This document shows positions 37,144-47,235 of a stretch of 58,705 bases of DNA, in pieces. This DNA comes from Ktedonobacteraceae bacterium (GTDB lineage Bacteria; Chloroflexota; Ktedonobacteria; Ktedonobacterales; Ktedonobacteraceae). A program made the translations under genes and the position numbers. The notes under the pieces were generated by a model. The model had not been told where the DNA came from. It searched no databases and was given only the letters and a program-made list of their open reading frames with translations. The stretch covers positions 1-58,705 of the forward strand of contig DASRDB010000020.1 of the NCBI GenBank assembly GCA_035652815.1. The letters are read 5' to 3'. Position 1 is the stretch's first letter. The number at the start of each line of letters is the position of its first letter.

Positions 37144-37818
37144 TTATGGACGCTCGGCGGGTTGTTCGTCAGCCTCCGATTGCTCAATAGCCCTGCGCAT
37201 GGAGCTAATGGTTGATGCGGTTGTGGGCCTACTGCGTCCGAGGGCAAGGCCGCCACCGAGGCCAACCAGCAGTGCCACAATGCCGACCAGGATGGGTACC
37301 CATACCGGCGTTCCGCCCGCTCCGCTAGAAGTCGTATTGGACGGCGTTGTGCTATTGCTCGTCGCTGTAGCGGTCGCAGATGGATTCCCAGCTTTCGTGT
37401 TCACAATGAAAGCAAACGCGCCTGCGTCAGGGTCTCCATCCTCTGCTGAAACCGTTATCCATTGTACAACGTAGATGCCATTCAGGCTGTTCGCCTCGGG
37501 CTTGATAGGAATCGACATCTCGCGCGGGTTGTTCAATGCCACAGTAGCATTACCCTGGCTAATCAGGTCGCCGCTCGGCCCGTACACGAACAGGTTACTC
37601 TTTTTGGGGTCAGGGTTAATGTTCTCTAATGTGAATACCGTCACCGAAGTAGGGGCCGAATTCACCGTAGAGCCAATGGCCGGTATCGCCTTGTAGACTT
37701 TGGCATGGGCAGGTATGACAGTGTGCGCGGAAGCAGTACCCACTCCCGCCAGCGCAAACAGCATAGCCATGCCCAATGCCATCAGGCGCGCGGTGCGCAA
37801 TCGAAACTTGTTGAACAT
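37144..37818 (-). CDS. CopC-like periplasmic copper-binding protein with Ser/Thr-rich linker and C-terminal TM anchor
   Basis: Signal peptide, then the CopC-type block 'HTVIPAHAKVYKAIPAIGSTVNSAPTSVTVFTLE'. The C-terminus 'VWVPILVGIVALLVGLGGGLAL' is hydrophobic. Confidence 0.55.
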   Translation of the reverse strand: MFNKFRLRTARLMALGMAMLFALAGVGTASAHTVIPAHAKVYKAIPAIGSTVNSAPTSVTVFTLENINPDPKKSNLFVYGPSGDLISQGNATVALNNPREMSIPIKPEANSLNGIYVVQWITVSAEDGDPDAGAFAFIVNTKAGNPSATATATSNSTTPSNTTSSGAGGTPVWVPILVGIVALLVGLGGGLALGRSRPTTASTISSMRRAIEQSEADEQPAERP

Positions 37819-38060
37819 CACATCAACGCTCACTTTTCTATAAAATAGCAGCCTACTATATGATTTAGCAGGGCAACTGTGCATCCAGTATAAGCCAACT
37901 TTTTCCCTTTGCCTATTAGGAGATATCCCTAAAACACCACCTTAAGGTGCTATTTGCGCCTTGCGGGTGGTTGGAACTACTTGTTACCGATACGCCGTTC
38001 TCTAGTAGTATGAATGGCAAATTCGACACCTGATTATTTCCTAAGATATAATAATCGTGT

Positions 38061-38771
38061 ATGGAGACGGAGGATAAGTTAGCTGAATTAGAGACACTGC
38101 TGCAGGTACAGTTTCATGACCGCTCGATTTTGCGGCGGGCGATCACGCATCATTCCTGTTGCCCGGAGACGGCTATTCGCGATTCCTACGATACGCTGGA
38201 ATTTCTGGGAGACGCGATACTTGGAGCGCATGTAGTCGAGTATATTTTTCGCAGCTTCCCGGAAGCCTCTGAAGGCGAGATGACGACGCTGAAGTCGGAG
38301 GCCGTAAGCCGCCGTGTGCTTGCGAAAATTGGCCAGGACCTCGGTCTCTTCCCCTATATTCGTGTCGATATCGCCAATCTGCGCACCTTCAACGAACGCT
38401 CCCGCGACTCGCTCTGCGCCGATGTGCTTGAGGCCATAGTAGGCGCAATCCAGATTGACCAGGGACCTGAAGCCGCCCGCGATTTTGTCGCTCGCGTTAT
38501 TTTTCCGGTGGTCGCTGAACTGAGTTTGCAGGCGCTCGATACCAATCCGAAGGGACGGTTGCAGAAAATTGTGTTGCAGCGCGCCGGATGCCTGCCGCGC
38601 TATCGCGTCCTGGAACAGAGCGGGCGCAACAATGACCGTATCTTCACGGTTGGCGTGTTTGAACACGAATTTCTGCTTGGTCTGGGCCAGGCTTCCAGCA
38701 TCAAGGAGGCCGGTCGTCTTGCGGCTCGCGAGGCGCTTGAAATCTTGCGCGAACAGGAAGACCTGATGTAG
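38061..38771 (+). CDS. rnc: ribonuclease III
   Basis: Signature 'YDTLEFLGDAILG' (ERLEFLGDA box) and a C-terminal dsRBD. Confidence 0.85.
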   Translation: METEDKLAELETLLQVQFHDRSILRRAITHHSCCPETAIRDSYDTLEFLGDAILGAHVVEYIFRSFPEASEGEMTTLKSEAVSRRVLAKIGQDLGLFPYIRVDIANLRTFNERSRDSLCADVLEAIVGAIQIDQGPEAARDFVARVIFPVVAELSLQALDTNPKGRLQKIVLQRAGCLPRYRVLEQSGRNNDRIFTVGVFEHEFLLGLGQASSIKEAGRLAAREALEILREQEDLM

Positions 38772-38774
38772 CCT

Positions 38775-40418
38775 ATGCAGATAGAAGTGATAGCGGACGA
38801 GCAGGTCAACTGGTACGAGACCAGCCTGCCCTTGAACGAGCGCAAACAGCGTGGTCACTTCTCGACGCCGCCTCAACTGGTTTCATACATCCTGGATGCC
38901 TGCGGGTATATTCCGGCTGCGGACCTTGCCGCTCTGCGCGTCCTTGATCCCGCCTGTGGGAGCGGCAACTTTTTAGCGGGTGCTGCAGGGCGACTTGCGG
39001 CTTTTGCTCAACGCGCTGGCCTTTCCTCATATGAAACAGAGACCCTGGTTGCGCGTAACATCTGGGGCTTTGATCCCGACCCCATCTCCTGTTTTCTCGC
39101 TGAGATGCAGGTGCGCGGCGTACTTAATAGCCCTCAAGAATATCTGAATCTGCACATTCACCAGGCCGATAGCCTTACGCTATCCTGGGAGCCATGCGTC
39201 GATCTCTTCCTGGCGAATCCGCCCTACCTTGCCGCTAAAAATAACGACTTGAGCGGCTATCGTTCGGCGCTGCAACGCGGGCAGGTCGATAGTTACCTGT
39301 TGTTTCTCGCGCTGGCGCTGCAGGTGGTGCGTCCCGGCGGCTGGATGGGACTGGTTCTGCCCGATCCTGTACTTGCCCGCGCCAACGCCACACGCGAACG
39401 AGAACAGTTGCTCGCTTCCTGCACCATTCAGCACCTCTGGCATCTCTCCGGCGTCTTTTCCGCCGAAGTTGGCGCGGTAGTGCTGATCGCTCAGAAGTCT
39501 CCCGCGCCCAGGCAGCATCTCGTATCCTGGTCGCGCGAACGCTGGCGTAATACCTTGCCTTCAGAGCAACAACAGGTCAAGCAGGAACTTTTCCAGCAGC
39601 AGCCCGGCTCCGAATTGCGCTACCTTTTGAGTAGCGAGCGCGGCGCGTACATAGAGCGTCTGCGAGTCTGCCTTGCTTCTCCGCCGGAGGGCAAGCGGCG
39701 TCTTGCTCCGCTTGGCGCATTCCTAACAATTTCACGTGGGGAAGAACTTGGCAGGGAAAGTAGTTTGCTTGTGGCGGAAAGTACCAGGGCGGGGCAAGCC
39801 CACGCCCCTACCATACGCGACTATGGTAGGGGCGTGGGCTTGCCCCGCCCTGGTAACACTACCGGCCCTGAAGAATATACCCATTATCATCCCGTCCTGC
39901 GCGGCGGCCTTGATATTCGCCCCTACTGCCAGCCACAGGCGCGCTGGTATATCGCATGTGAAGCTATAAAAAAGCCATTGGAGCGCTACCTTGCTCCCAA
40001 ACTGCTGGTTGTGAAAAGCACAGATAGGTTGCAGGCGACTTTGGATTTAAGGGGGCATGTGACATTGCAGGCGCTCTACTTGCTGCACTTACGCGATGCC
40101 AGTGAGCCGGTGGAAACGCTCTATTTTTATCTGGCCCTGCTCAATTCGCGTTTGTTACGTGATTATGTCTATTTTTTGCACACCGCTTATAAGTGGGTGC
40201 AGCCGCAGATTGAGCAGCGCGTGCTGGCGAATCTGCCAGTTCCTCTAGTCGATCAAAAAGAGCGGGAGAAGGTCATTGAGCTTGCGTCGGCTTGCAGCGA
40301 GGCAAGGGCCGTTGTAGAATTGAAACAGGATATTCCCCGCTTGCAAGAGGCGTTGGAACAGGCCATTTGCAGGCTCTATGACGGGATTATTGGAGACAAC
40401 GGAGTCGTAAACATATGA
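38775..40418 (+). CDS. N6-adenine DNA methyltransferase (gamma-class, TaqI/Eco57I-like)
   Basis: SAM motif I '[12 protein letters not shown]' and catalytic motif IV 'LANPPY', preceded by 'HFSTPP'. No restriction-enzyme gene is recognisable next to it. Confidence 0.7.
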   Translation: MQIEVIADEQVNWYETSLPLNERKQRGHFSTPPQLVSYILDACGYIPAADLAALRVLDPACGSGNFLAGAAGRLAAFAQRAGLSSYETETLVARNIWGFDPDPISCFLAEMQVRGVLNSPQEYLNLHIHQADSLTLSWEPCVDLFLANPPYLAAKNNDLSGYRSALQRGQVDSYLLFLALALQVVRPGGWMGLVLPDPVLARANATREREQLLASCTIQHLWHLSGVFSAEVGAVVLIAQKSPAPRQHLVSWSRERWRNTLPSEQQQVKQELFQQQPGSELRYLLSSERGAYIERLRVCLASPPEGKRRLAPLGAFLTISRGEELGRESSLLVAESTRAGQAHAPTIRDYGRGVGLPRPGNTTGPEEYTHYHPVLRGGLDIRPYCQPQARWYIACEAIKKPLERYLAPKLLVVKSTDRLQATLDLRGHVTLQALYLLHLRDASEPVETLYFYLALLNSRLLRDYVYFLHTAYKWVQPQIEQRVLANLPVPLVDQKEREKVIELASACSEARAVVELKQDIPRLQEALEQAICRLYDGIIGDNGVVNI

Positions 40419-40837
40419 GTGAAACTCGCCCCATTCGTGTACTTGTTGCCAAGCCAGGGTTGGATGGGCATGATCGCGGAGCTAAAGTGATTGCGCGTGC
40501 CCTGCGTGATGCTGGCATGGAGGTTATTTATACAGGCATTCGCCAGACACCTGAAATGATCGTTGAGGCGGCCATTCAGGAAGACGTGGATGCTATTCTG
40601 ATGAGCATTCTTTCCGGCGCGCACATGGCGATTTTCCCGCGTGTGATGGAATTGCTTCAGCAGAACGGCGTAGATGATGTGCTGGTCGCGGCGGGCGGCA
40701 TTCTACCGGACGAGGATATTCCGGCCATCAAGGCAATGGGCATCAAGGGCTGCTTCGGCCCTGGCACGTCCACCGAGGAGATCATCGAGTTCGTGCGCAG
40801 CAATATTTATCCTGATCGCCTGAAGGCGGAGGTATAG
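40415..40837 (+). CDS. cobalamin (B12)-binding domain protein, methylmalonyl-CoA mutase small subunit-like
   Basis: '[27 protein letters not shown]' contains the DxHxxG B12-binding motif. 140 aa. Confidence 0.85.
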   Translation: MSETRPIRVLVAKPGLDGHDRGAKVIARALRDAGMEVIYTGIRQTPEMIVEAAIQEDVDAILMSILSGAHMAIFPRVMELLQQNGVDDVLVAAGGILPDEDIPAIKAMGIKGCFGPGTSTEEIIEFVRSNIYPDRLKAEV

Positions 40838-41806
40838 GTGCAAAATCTGGCTGAACGTCTTTTGAATGGTGATCGGCGCGCCCTCGCTCGTATGGTCACG
40901 TTGATTGAAAACGAGTCTCCCCAGGCCCGCCGTTATCTTGCTGAGCTGCACCGCCATGCCGGTAAGGCGCATATCATCGGCGTGACGGGAGCGCCCGGGG
41001 CCGGAAAAAGCACGCTGGTGACACATCTGGTGCGCGAGTTGCGCCGCCGCGAGCGCAAAGTCGGCGTGGTGGCCGTTGACCCGAGCAGCCCATTTACGGG
41101 CGGGGCCATCCTGGGCGACCGTATTCGTATGATGGAACTGGCGGGCGATCCCAACGTCTTCATTCGCAGTATGGCGAGCCGGGGCAGCGTGGGTGGCCTC
41201 TCTGCCTCGACCCGCGACGTAGTGCGCGCTATGGACGCCGCCGGGTACGACCCCATTATCATCGAAACCGTCGGCACCGGGCAGGCGGAGGTCGAGGTGA
41301 TGCGCGCCGCTCAGACGGTGCTGGTAGTAATCGCGCCCGGCATGGGCGACGAGGTGCAGGCTATCAAGGCCGGAATCCTGGAAATCGCCGATATTTTCGT
41401 GGTGAGCAAGGCCGACCGCCCTGGGGCCGAACAAACGGTAGCCGAACTGGCGATGCTGCTCAGCCTTGATCCCCAGCGCCGCCTGCACGATAAATCGAAA
41501 CCCTACTGGCGCATTCCCATCGTCAAAACCTCGGCGCTCAAAGACCAGGGCATTTCGCAACTGGTGGACGCCATCGAGCAGCACCGCGCCTACCTTGACG
41601 AGAGCGGCATGCTTACGCAGCGTTCGCATCGCCAGGTCAGCAGCGAAGTGGAGGCGCTGGTGATTTCCTCGGTGTTGAGCGCGCTGCGCAATGCCGTTTC
41701 AAAGGAGGAATGGCAACAACTGCTGGAAGATATCACTTCGCGGCAGCGCGACCCCTACAGCGTGGCAAGCGAGTTGCAGGAGAAGATTGGCCTGTCGGAA
41801 AAATAA
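40838..41806 (+). CDS. meaB: methylmalonyl-CoA mutase-associated GTPase MeaB (ArgK)
   Basis: P-loop 'GVTGAPGAGKST', 'VAVDPSSPFTGGAILGDRIRM', 'IIETVGTGQ', 'VSKAD'. GTG start after a GGAGG RBS. Confidence 0.9.
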   Translation: MQNLAERLLNGDRRALARMVTLIENESPQARRYLAELHRHAGKAHIIGVTGAPGAGKSTLVTHLVRELRRRERKVGVVAVDPSSPFTGGAILGDRIRMMELAGDPNVFIRSMASRGSVGGLSASTRDVVRAMDAAGYDPIIIETVGTGQAEVEVMRAAQTVLVVIAPGMGDEVQAIKAGILEIADIFVVSKADRPGAEQTVAELAMLLSLDPQRRLHDKSKPYWRIPIVKTSALKDQGISQLVDAIEQHRAYLDESGMLTQRSHRQVSSEVEALVISSVLSALRNAVSKEEWQQLLEDITSRQRDPYSVASELQEKIGLSEK

Positions 41807-41809
41807 AAA

Positions 41810-41843
41810 AGGCCGGGCTTCGTGAACCGCCACGAAGCCCGGT
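41810..41843. terminator. bidirectional intrinsic terminator between convergent meaB and the TPR gene
   Basis: aaaaaa ggccgggcttcgtg aaccgc cacgaagcccggt: a 12-bp perfect GC-rich stem with a 5' A-run. Confidence 0.6.
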
Positions 41844-41850
41844 GTCTGTG

Positions 41851-42981
41851 CTACATTTCTCGTTGAGGCACCACGTTACACGCTAATTTCCAGTAGGCGA
41901 GGGCTTCCTTTGAGTTACCCAGCGCTTCGTTGATTTGCGCGAGATGACCGTACAGTTCGGAGCTATGCATTCCTGCCTGGGTCTGCTTCAATTTCTGCTC
42001 GGCCTGGAGAAATTCGTTCAGCGCTTCGCGCAGCAATCTTGTGCGCTCTTCGCCTTCCGCTCGCTCGGCCTCGGTCAGCGAAATTTTGCCGCAGGCGATA
42101 TGCATCATGCCGAACAGGTGGTGATCGTCGCGCATCTGTCTGGCCACTTCCTCTGCCCGGCTGCAGAAGCTGCGCGCCTCTTCAAGACGCCCCTCATCCC
42201 TGCGCAGTTCCGCCAGCGCCACAAAGTTAATAAATTGCATGGAGGGCATATTCAGCAGCACAGCCAGCGAGATCGACTCCATATAATGATCGGTCGCTTG
42301 CTGATGTTCTCCCTGTAAGAAAGCAACACGTCCGAGGAGATTTTGTATGCGGCACTCCTGTTCGCGATCAAGCCGTTCTTTATAGAGGGCGAGCGCCTTC
42401 TGCCCGTAGTCATAGGCCTGCTCGAATTTTCCCGCCTGCCGGTAGGCGTCACAGAGTCCATAATAAATATCTGGGAGGTCTTCCAGGAGATTTTCTTTGT
42501 GGCACACCCGTAGAGCTTCTGTATCATGCTGAATAGCGACGGTGAACAGGCCATTCATAATGCAGGTCATGCCCAGGCCATACAGCGCCTTGATGCGCAG
42601 GCGAGGTAAATGGACGCGGCGCATATTCAAAATCTTGAGACAGTGTGTATAATGACGAGCTGCGTCATTATAGAGCGAGAGATTGACGGCGGCCTGGCCA
42701 AGCCAGAGGAGGTAGTAGGCCCGGCGCTCTCGCTCCGAATGATCTTTGTCATCCCACTCCTTATCTACCTCCTCGGATGGGCAAATATCCGCGAGAAATT
42801 GGATGGCTTCATCCCAACGCCTCATCTGGATGAGATACCACGCGCGTAAATATTGAAGTTCCTTTTGCTCCTCTGGGGTGGCTGGCTCCAGGGCCTCTAA
42901 GTCTGCCAGCGCCTCGTCATATTGTTCTTCCTCAATTTTCAGCCGGACGCGCAACACCTGGCGCTTAAAATCAGATGTCAT
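41851..42981 (-). CDS. TPR-repeat protein
   Basis: Multiple 34-aa TPR-like units (e.g. 'YYGLCDAYRQAGKFEQAYDYGQKALALY', 'LLGRVAFLQGEHQQATDHYMESI'). Confidence 0.5.
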   Translation of the reverse strand: MTSDFKRQVLRVRLKIEEEQYDEALADLEALEPATPEEQKELQYLRAWYLIQMRRWDEAIQFLADICPSEEVDKEWDDKDHSERERRAYYLLWLGQAAVNLSLYNDAARHYTHCLKILNMRRVHLPRLRIKALYGLGMTCIMNGLFTVAIQHDTEALRVCHKENLLEDLPDIYYGLCDAYRQAGKFEQAYDYGQKALALYKERLDREQECRIQNLLGRVAFLQGEHQQATDHYMESISLAVLLNMPSMQFINFVALAELRRDEGRLEEARSFCSRAEEVARQMRDDHHLFGMMHIACGKISLTEAERAEGEERTRLLREALNEFLQAEQKLKQTQAGMHSSELYGHLAQINEALGNSKEALAYWKLACNVVPQREM

Positions 42982-43265
42982 GGACGTATTACCTCCCTTG
43001 CAATGTTAACTCATGCAAGTATAACACATCCTATCCTTAAAATGTAGAATATATTCGCAGAATAAGGCAAATTGGGGAAAAAATCGAGTGACAAAAGATG
43101 TTCCACGAAAAGACAACGGGATATCATCATCTTCGTCACCGCGCCCACAGAGTGATGAAGCGATTCCCGTTAGTAGGAAGTATACCATATTCTCTTGTGT
43201 TACAACAGTGCTTTTACAACGAGTTTGCAGCATAGCGTCAAAAACGGTTTTTGGGGCAGATACTT

Positions 43266-44087
43266 TTACATTTCTTCGATCCTTGTCTGCCCCATGCCCA
43301 TTGTTGTCTTATAGCCAACGCCTGCATACTGCGCGAACGCTGCCAGCGTGGCAAGTTGTGGGGCGTAGCCGTTGGTAGTTTTCACCTGATAGCTACAGGT
43401 GCCTAGAAAACCTTTCTGTAGGGCATGAGGAAAATGCAGGCAGGAAGTATGGAGTTCGTAGTCGCTGATTGCTACCTGCTGGCTCACAAAGTCGCGCAGT
43501 CCCTGTTTATTAATGCGCAGTATTTCGGGCGCGTAGCGATTCCAGGTGCGCATCAGACTATCCCAGACCAGAGAGGGTTCAGGAAAGAGCGCGAATTGCC
43601 GATTGCCCATGCTAAATGCGCATGGGCTGGCGAAACGCAGTGTAATAGTACGTTGCGCAGGTATAGCAGCCAGTGTTTGCCAGGAAGTGTGTCCCGCCCA
43701 ACCTGTAGGGTCGGTTTCGGCGGAAGAATACACCCGCGCCAGTTGAAATTCGGCCTGCCCCATCCTGAGCGTAATTGGAGAAGTCTCAAGAAAATAGCTG
43801 CTCAGGCACTGCCAGAGCGCGCCGCCATCAAGCAAGGTGATTCGGAGGCGATAGGGTTGCCCCGCCCGCAGTTGTAGCTGCCCATCGCGCACCAGCGCCC
43901 CATTCAACATGGACACGGTAAACGGTCGATAATCCGGTTCGTCATGCAAACGGGCAGCCAGGTCGGGCTGTACCTGCCGCACAAGATCAAGAAAGAGCGC
44001 GTGTGCCTGGTGGCCCGTTGTGGCTGGTATGTTTGTGCTTTCCAGGGCGTGAAGTTCGAGGGTGATAGAGTAGAGGAGGTTGGTCAT
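43266..44087 (-). CDS. cas6: CRISPR-associated endoribonuclease Cas6
   Basis: The C-terminal glycine-rich loop 'GVGYKTTMGMGQ' is typical of Cas6. 273 aa. Last gene of the cas effector operon. Confidence 0.7.
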   Translation of the reverse strand: MTNLLYSITLELHALESTNIPATTGHQAHALFLDLVRQVQPDLAARLHDEPDYRPFTVSMLNGALVRDGQLQLRAGQPYRLRITLLDGGALWQCLSSYFLETSPITLRMGQAEFQLARVYSSAETDPTGWAGHTSWQTLAAIPAQRTITLRFASPCAFSMGNRQFALFPEPSLVWDSLMRTWNRYAPEILRINKQGLRDFVSQQVAISDYELHTSCLHFPHALQKGFLGTCSYQVKTTNGYAPQLATLAAFAQYAGVGYKTTMGMGQTRIEEM

Positions 44088-46516
44088 TAATCGTCATCCC
44101 AATCAAAAATATGACTATCTGCTCTCCGGCCAACGAATTTTGCTCTGATAATATTGCTTTCATATGAGACGAGCAATGCTGCTGAACCTAACACGATAGT
44201 ATAGGTATGTTCACCTTCATTAGCGAAATCGACTCTCAGAGTGTTTGTGAATAATGAGGTTGTCTTTTGTAACCGTGCTAATGCGAGTGCTTCTGAGCCA
44301 ACGGCAGGCACAGCATAAAACGTAATATAGTTCTGTTCGAATAGGTTATTCAGTTCCGGCGGTATAAGTCCAGAGTCAGACTGTAGTCTAAAGCCGTTCC
44401 TGGCAGCTAGTTTACTGCAATATCGTGCTTCCCATTTTGCTTTTGTAGATGGTGAACCATTAAGGTAGAAATGTATGTTTAAAGGCTGCTCACGTAGCTG
44501 TTTGATTTTGCAAAAGAGTTTTATTTGCTTATCAAGAGCTATTCCTGATCGTTCTGTAAGTTTATCTAATTGCTGTTGGTCAACATTAAGCCAATCAGCA
44601 ATATAATTTTGCACAATATGCAATGCAGAATAAACAGTATACTCTGACGTAGCTAAAAATCCGGACGGATCATGGGCCAATGCTGATGGTGGCTGAAAAT
44701 TGTCACGAAAATTAAATCGGACATCAGCAGTATAAAACTCTTCTAACTCAGCCCATCGTTTTTTTTCTGCATCCACCGTTTTATGGCTTTTTAGCAAGGC
44801 CAGCTCTACTTTTTTCGACTGATTATGATCAATAGTATTTAGTGTATCCAGATCAATGTCCCGTTGTTCATCGAGCGTGCGCATAATGACGCTCGCAGGA
44901 CCAAATGTGAATTTCTCAGAATTTTTTTCGTGAAGGAGTTCAGGCAGGTGAGATTTTATGATTAAATAACGCTGCGTATTGGAAAGAAGATTTCTAAAGC
45001 TCGCTGTTTTTTTTGTTCCATAAGCCTGTACAATTGCTTGATACAATTTTTCTGCTTGATCTTTTTGCCCAGTTGGAAGTGCTTTCCATATGTTAAAAAT
45101 AGGTAGGAATGCCTCCGCAATTGCCCCGCTATTAATGTAAGCAAAGATGCCATTTTTTTGTGGAAGTATACTATTAATAAGTTTGTTCAGGTGCCTTCTT
45201 TCAATGCGTTGATTCGCAATCTCGTTTAATTCTGTTAACAATTGGTCAGGAACTACTGCCCAAACATCGCTTGGAAAGTAATACTCTTCCTTGCCTAATA
45301 CTCTTCCAGCTCTGCCCAACCGTTGAATAGATTCATCTGAACTACGAGCATCGAATACGAGAAAATCAATACTTTGTCGTTTTATCCCTGGCCGCGAAAA
45401 GTTATAGCCAATATCGACTGTTGGAGTAGCTAATAGCAAACGAGCAAGTTTATGTTGTTCTCGCCAGATTGCTGATTCTGCTCCGGTAAGCCGCCCTAAG
45501 TGGGTATTGTTTTTCCCTCCATATTCTTGATAGATCTGATTGATACGCCACAGAGCGCTACTAATACATGCACCATTTCGATTTTGATGAAGCCATTCTT
45601 CTATAGTAGCTTTAACTTGAGATGCCAAACTCACAAGCCCGTTTTCGAGGACTTCTGTACTATACAGTCGTAGATGGACTGGAGCAAGAGCAGGTGTAGT
45701 TTGTAAGCCACCTGGAATATTCTCTGGCTCGATGTAAGCAATATCAAGGTCTAGTTGTTTGAGATAATGCCTCACTTGTTCTGATGGGGTTGCAGTGAGT
45801 AAACAGACCCGTCGCCCTTGCTTGAAAAATCCCCATTCACGTGAAAGCATGAGGAAAAAGAGAAAATTGGCCAACTGTTTTGCATTATAATAATGAAATT
45901 CGTCCACTACTATATAGCTGAAATTTAAGATAAAGTCCCGAAAAAGAACTCTTTGATCGTGAGGGTTTCCTAAACTATAAAGTGCGTAGTAAAAGATATC
46001 AGGGTTAATTACTAAGATATAAGGATGATGGCCTTGTATGTGGTATCCCTCGCTATCTGTCAGAACAACCCGTGGATCTTGTAACATTTGATGAAGACGG
46101 TCTCCCTGGCGTATAAATTTTTCACTTAAATGCTGCTGCGCTAAAGAGCGGATGGTGGCAGCATCAAGACGAAGGACAATATACGATAAATTATTTTGTT
46201 TGATAAAAGTCTGTATATCCTCCTCGTGTTGACGGAGCAATTCATTGGTAGGTGCGATAAATAGCACATTGGCATTAGTAGTATATCTATCTTTTTTATA
46301 AGTCTCATCCAGGTCTAAAAGACGAAGTAAAGCTGCTTTTGTTTTACCTGTGCCTGTGTTAAAACTGTTGACAACAATGTGTGCGGTTTTGTTCTGGTAG
46401 GTAAGCCACTGGTGATAGAGCGGCGGTGAGCCTAATGCGTCCGCTAATTTCGTGTAATTTTCGGCAAAAGGGTTGGCTAATGGCTCGTAGTGAGGTGCAA
46501 GCTCAAGTTGTATCAT
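44087..46516 (-). CDS. cas3: CRISPR-associated helicase Cas3' (SF2 DExH helicase with no HD nuclease domain)
   Basis: Walker A 'NTGTGKTKAAL', DExH 'VVDEFHYY', motif III 'LLTATP', motif VI 'QRLGRAGR'. No H...HD motif is present. Confidence 0.85.
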   Translation of the reverse strand: MIQLELAPHYEPLANPFAENYTKLADALGSPPLYHQWLTYQNKTAHIVVNSFNTGTGKTKAALLRLLDLDETYKKDRYTTNANVLFIAPTNELLRQHEEDIQTFIKQNNLSYIVLRLDAATIRSLAQQHLSEKFIRQGDRLHQMLQDPRVVLTDSEGYHIQGHHPYILVINPDIFYYALYSLGNPHDQRVLFRDFILNFSYIVVDEFHYYNAKQLANFLFFLMLSREWGFFKQGRRVCLLTATPSEQVRHYLKQLDLDIAYIEPENIPGGLQTTPALAPVHLRLYSTEVLENGLVSLASQVKATIEEWLHQNRNGACISSALWRINQIYQEYGGKNNTHLGRLTGAESAIWREQHKLARLLLATPTVDIGYNFSRPGIKRQSIDFLVFDARSSDESIQRLGRAGRVLGKEEYYFPSDVWAVVPDQLLTELNEIANQRIERRHLNKLINSILPQKNGIFAYINSGAIAEAFLPIFNIWKALPTGQKDQAEKLYQAIVQAYGTKKTASFRNLLSNTQRYLIIKSHLPELLHEKNSEKFTFGPASVIMRTLDEQRDIDLDTLNTIDHNQSKKVELALLKSHKTVDAEKKRWAELEEFYTADVRFNFRDNFQPPSALAHDPSGFLATSEYTVYSALHIVQNYIADWLNVDQQQLDKLTERSGIALDKQIKLFCKIKQLREQPLNIHFYLNGSPSTKAKWEARYCSKLAARNGFRLQSDSGLIPPELNNLFEQNYITFYAVPAVGSEALALARLQKTTSLFTNTLRVDFANEGEHTYTIVLGSAALLVSYESNIIRAKFVGRRADSHIFDWDDD

Positions 46517-47226
46517 AGTTTTTCCACTCCGTAGCGCATATCTGCGGGTAAGTAGGTATTCTGATCAATCTGCCAGAATTGTCCTCGCATCTGTACATCC
46601 CGTAGTATCGGTGCTGGATGGATATTGTAAGAGGAATAAACAAGCAAATTGTTTGTGTCAGCTAAATCAGTCGCATTCAGTAAGCTGTTGACTTTTACTT
46701 GCTCACGTTGGACTAACTGAGCCACCATTTTTGTCTGCCAGTCTATTTTTGCTTTGCTCATAAATTTTCCTAATCTGATGTAAGGCAAGAGTCGAGGACC
46801 CTTGCCTTCCTCAATCAGATGGTCACGGTCAAGCAAGTAAAAAGATGCCTTGCTTCCTAAACCCAGCATGCGAATACGACCGCCCTGTGGGTAATTCATT
46901 GCCCTGATTTTTTCAAGGGTAGTAGCAATGGCATTTTGAGCAAAACGAAAGTAGTAACTATCCGTTTGTCCGTTAAACCTTGTGATAACCATGCGCAAAC
47001 TACTAAAATCAGCAGGTGTAATATAGAGACCCTGCTCATTGAGTGGTGTAAGGTCTTCCTTGTAGCGCGGACCACCTCGCCCACGATAGGGAGAGTTACA
47101 TAGCCCAAGAGCATAGGTAAGGGCATAGTTCCCAATGAGCGGTTCGCTGGCATAAAGCGGGTCAATTTCACGACTAGCAAAGAATGTATGCTCACAGAGA
47201 GTCAGATTGGCAGGGTAAATGTGCAT
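46513..47226 (-). CDS. cas5: Cas5-family (Csc1-like) effector-complex subunit
   Basis: Size, position between the Cas7 and Cas3' genes, and a Gly-rich RAMP-like segment 'GLGSKASFYL'. Its stop overlaps the cas3' start (ATGA). Confidence 0.5.
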   Translation of the reverse strand: MHIYPANLTLCEHTFFASREIDPLYASEPLIGNYALTYALGLCNSPYRGRGGPRYKEDLTPLNEQGLYITPADFSSLRMVITRFNGQTDSYYFRFAQNAIATTLEKIRAMNYPQGGRIRMLGLGSKASFYLLDRDHLIEEGKGPRLLPYIRLGKFMSKAKIDWQTKMVAQLVQREQVKVNSLLNATDLADTNNLLVYSSYNIHPAPILRDVQMRGQFWQIDQNTYLPADMRYGVEKL

Positions 47227-47235
47227 GACTGCCTC

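Noticed and set aside
40703-41629. 308-aa minus-strand ORF
   Set aside because: It is antisense to meaB, which carries a clear P-loop GTPase signature.
41851-42981. TPR protein as a possible cas-associated component (it lies 284 bp from the cas6 end)
   Set aside because: It is separated from cas6 by a sizeable AT-richer intergenic gap, and TPR proteins are generic. No evidence links it to CRISPR function; it is kept only as an ordinary CDS.
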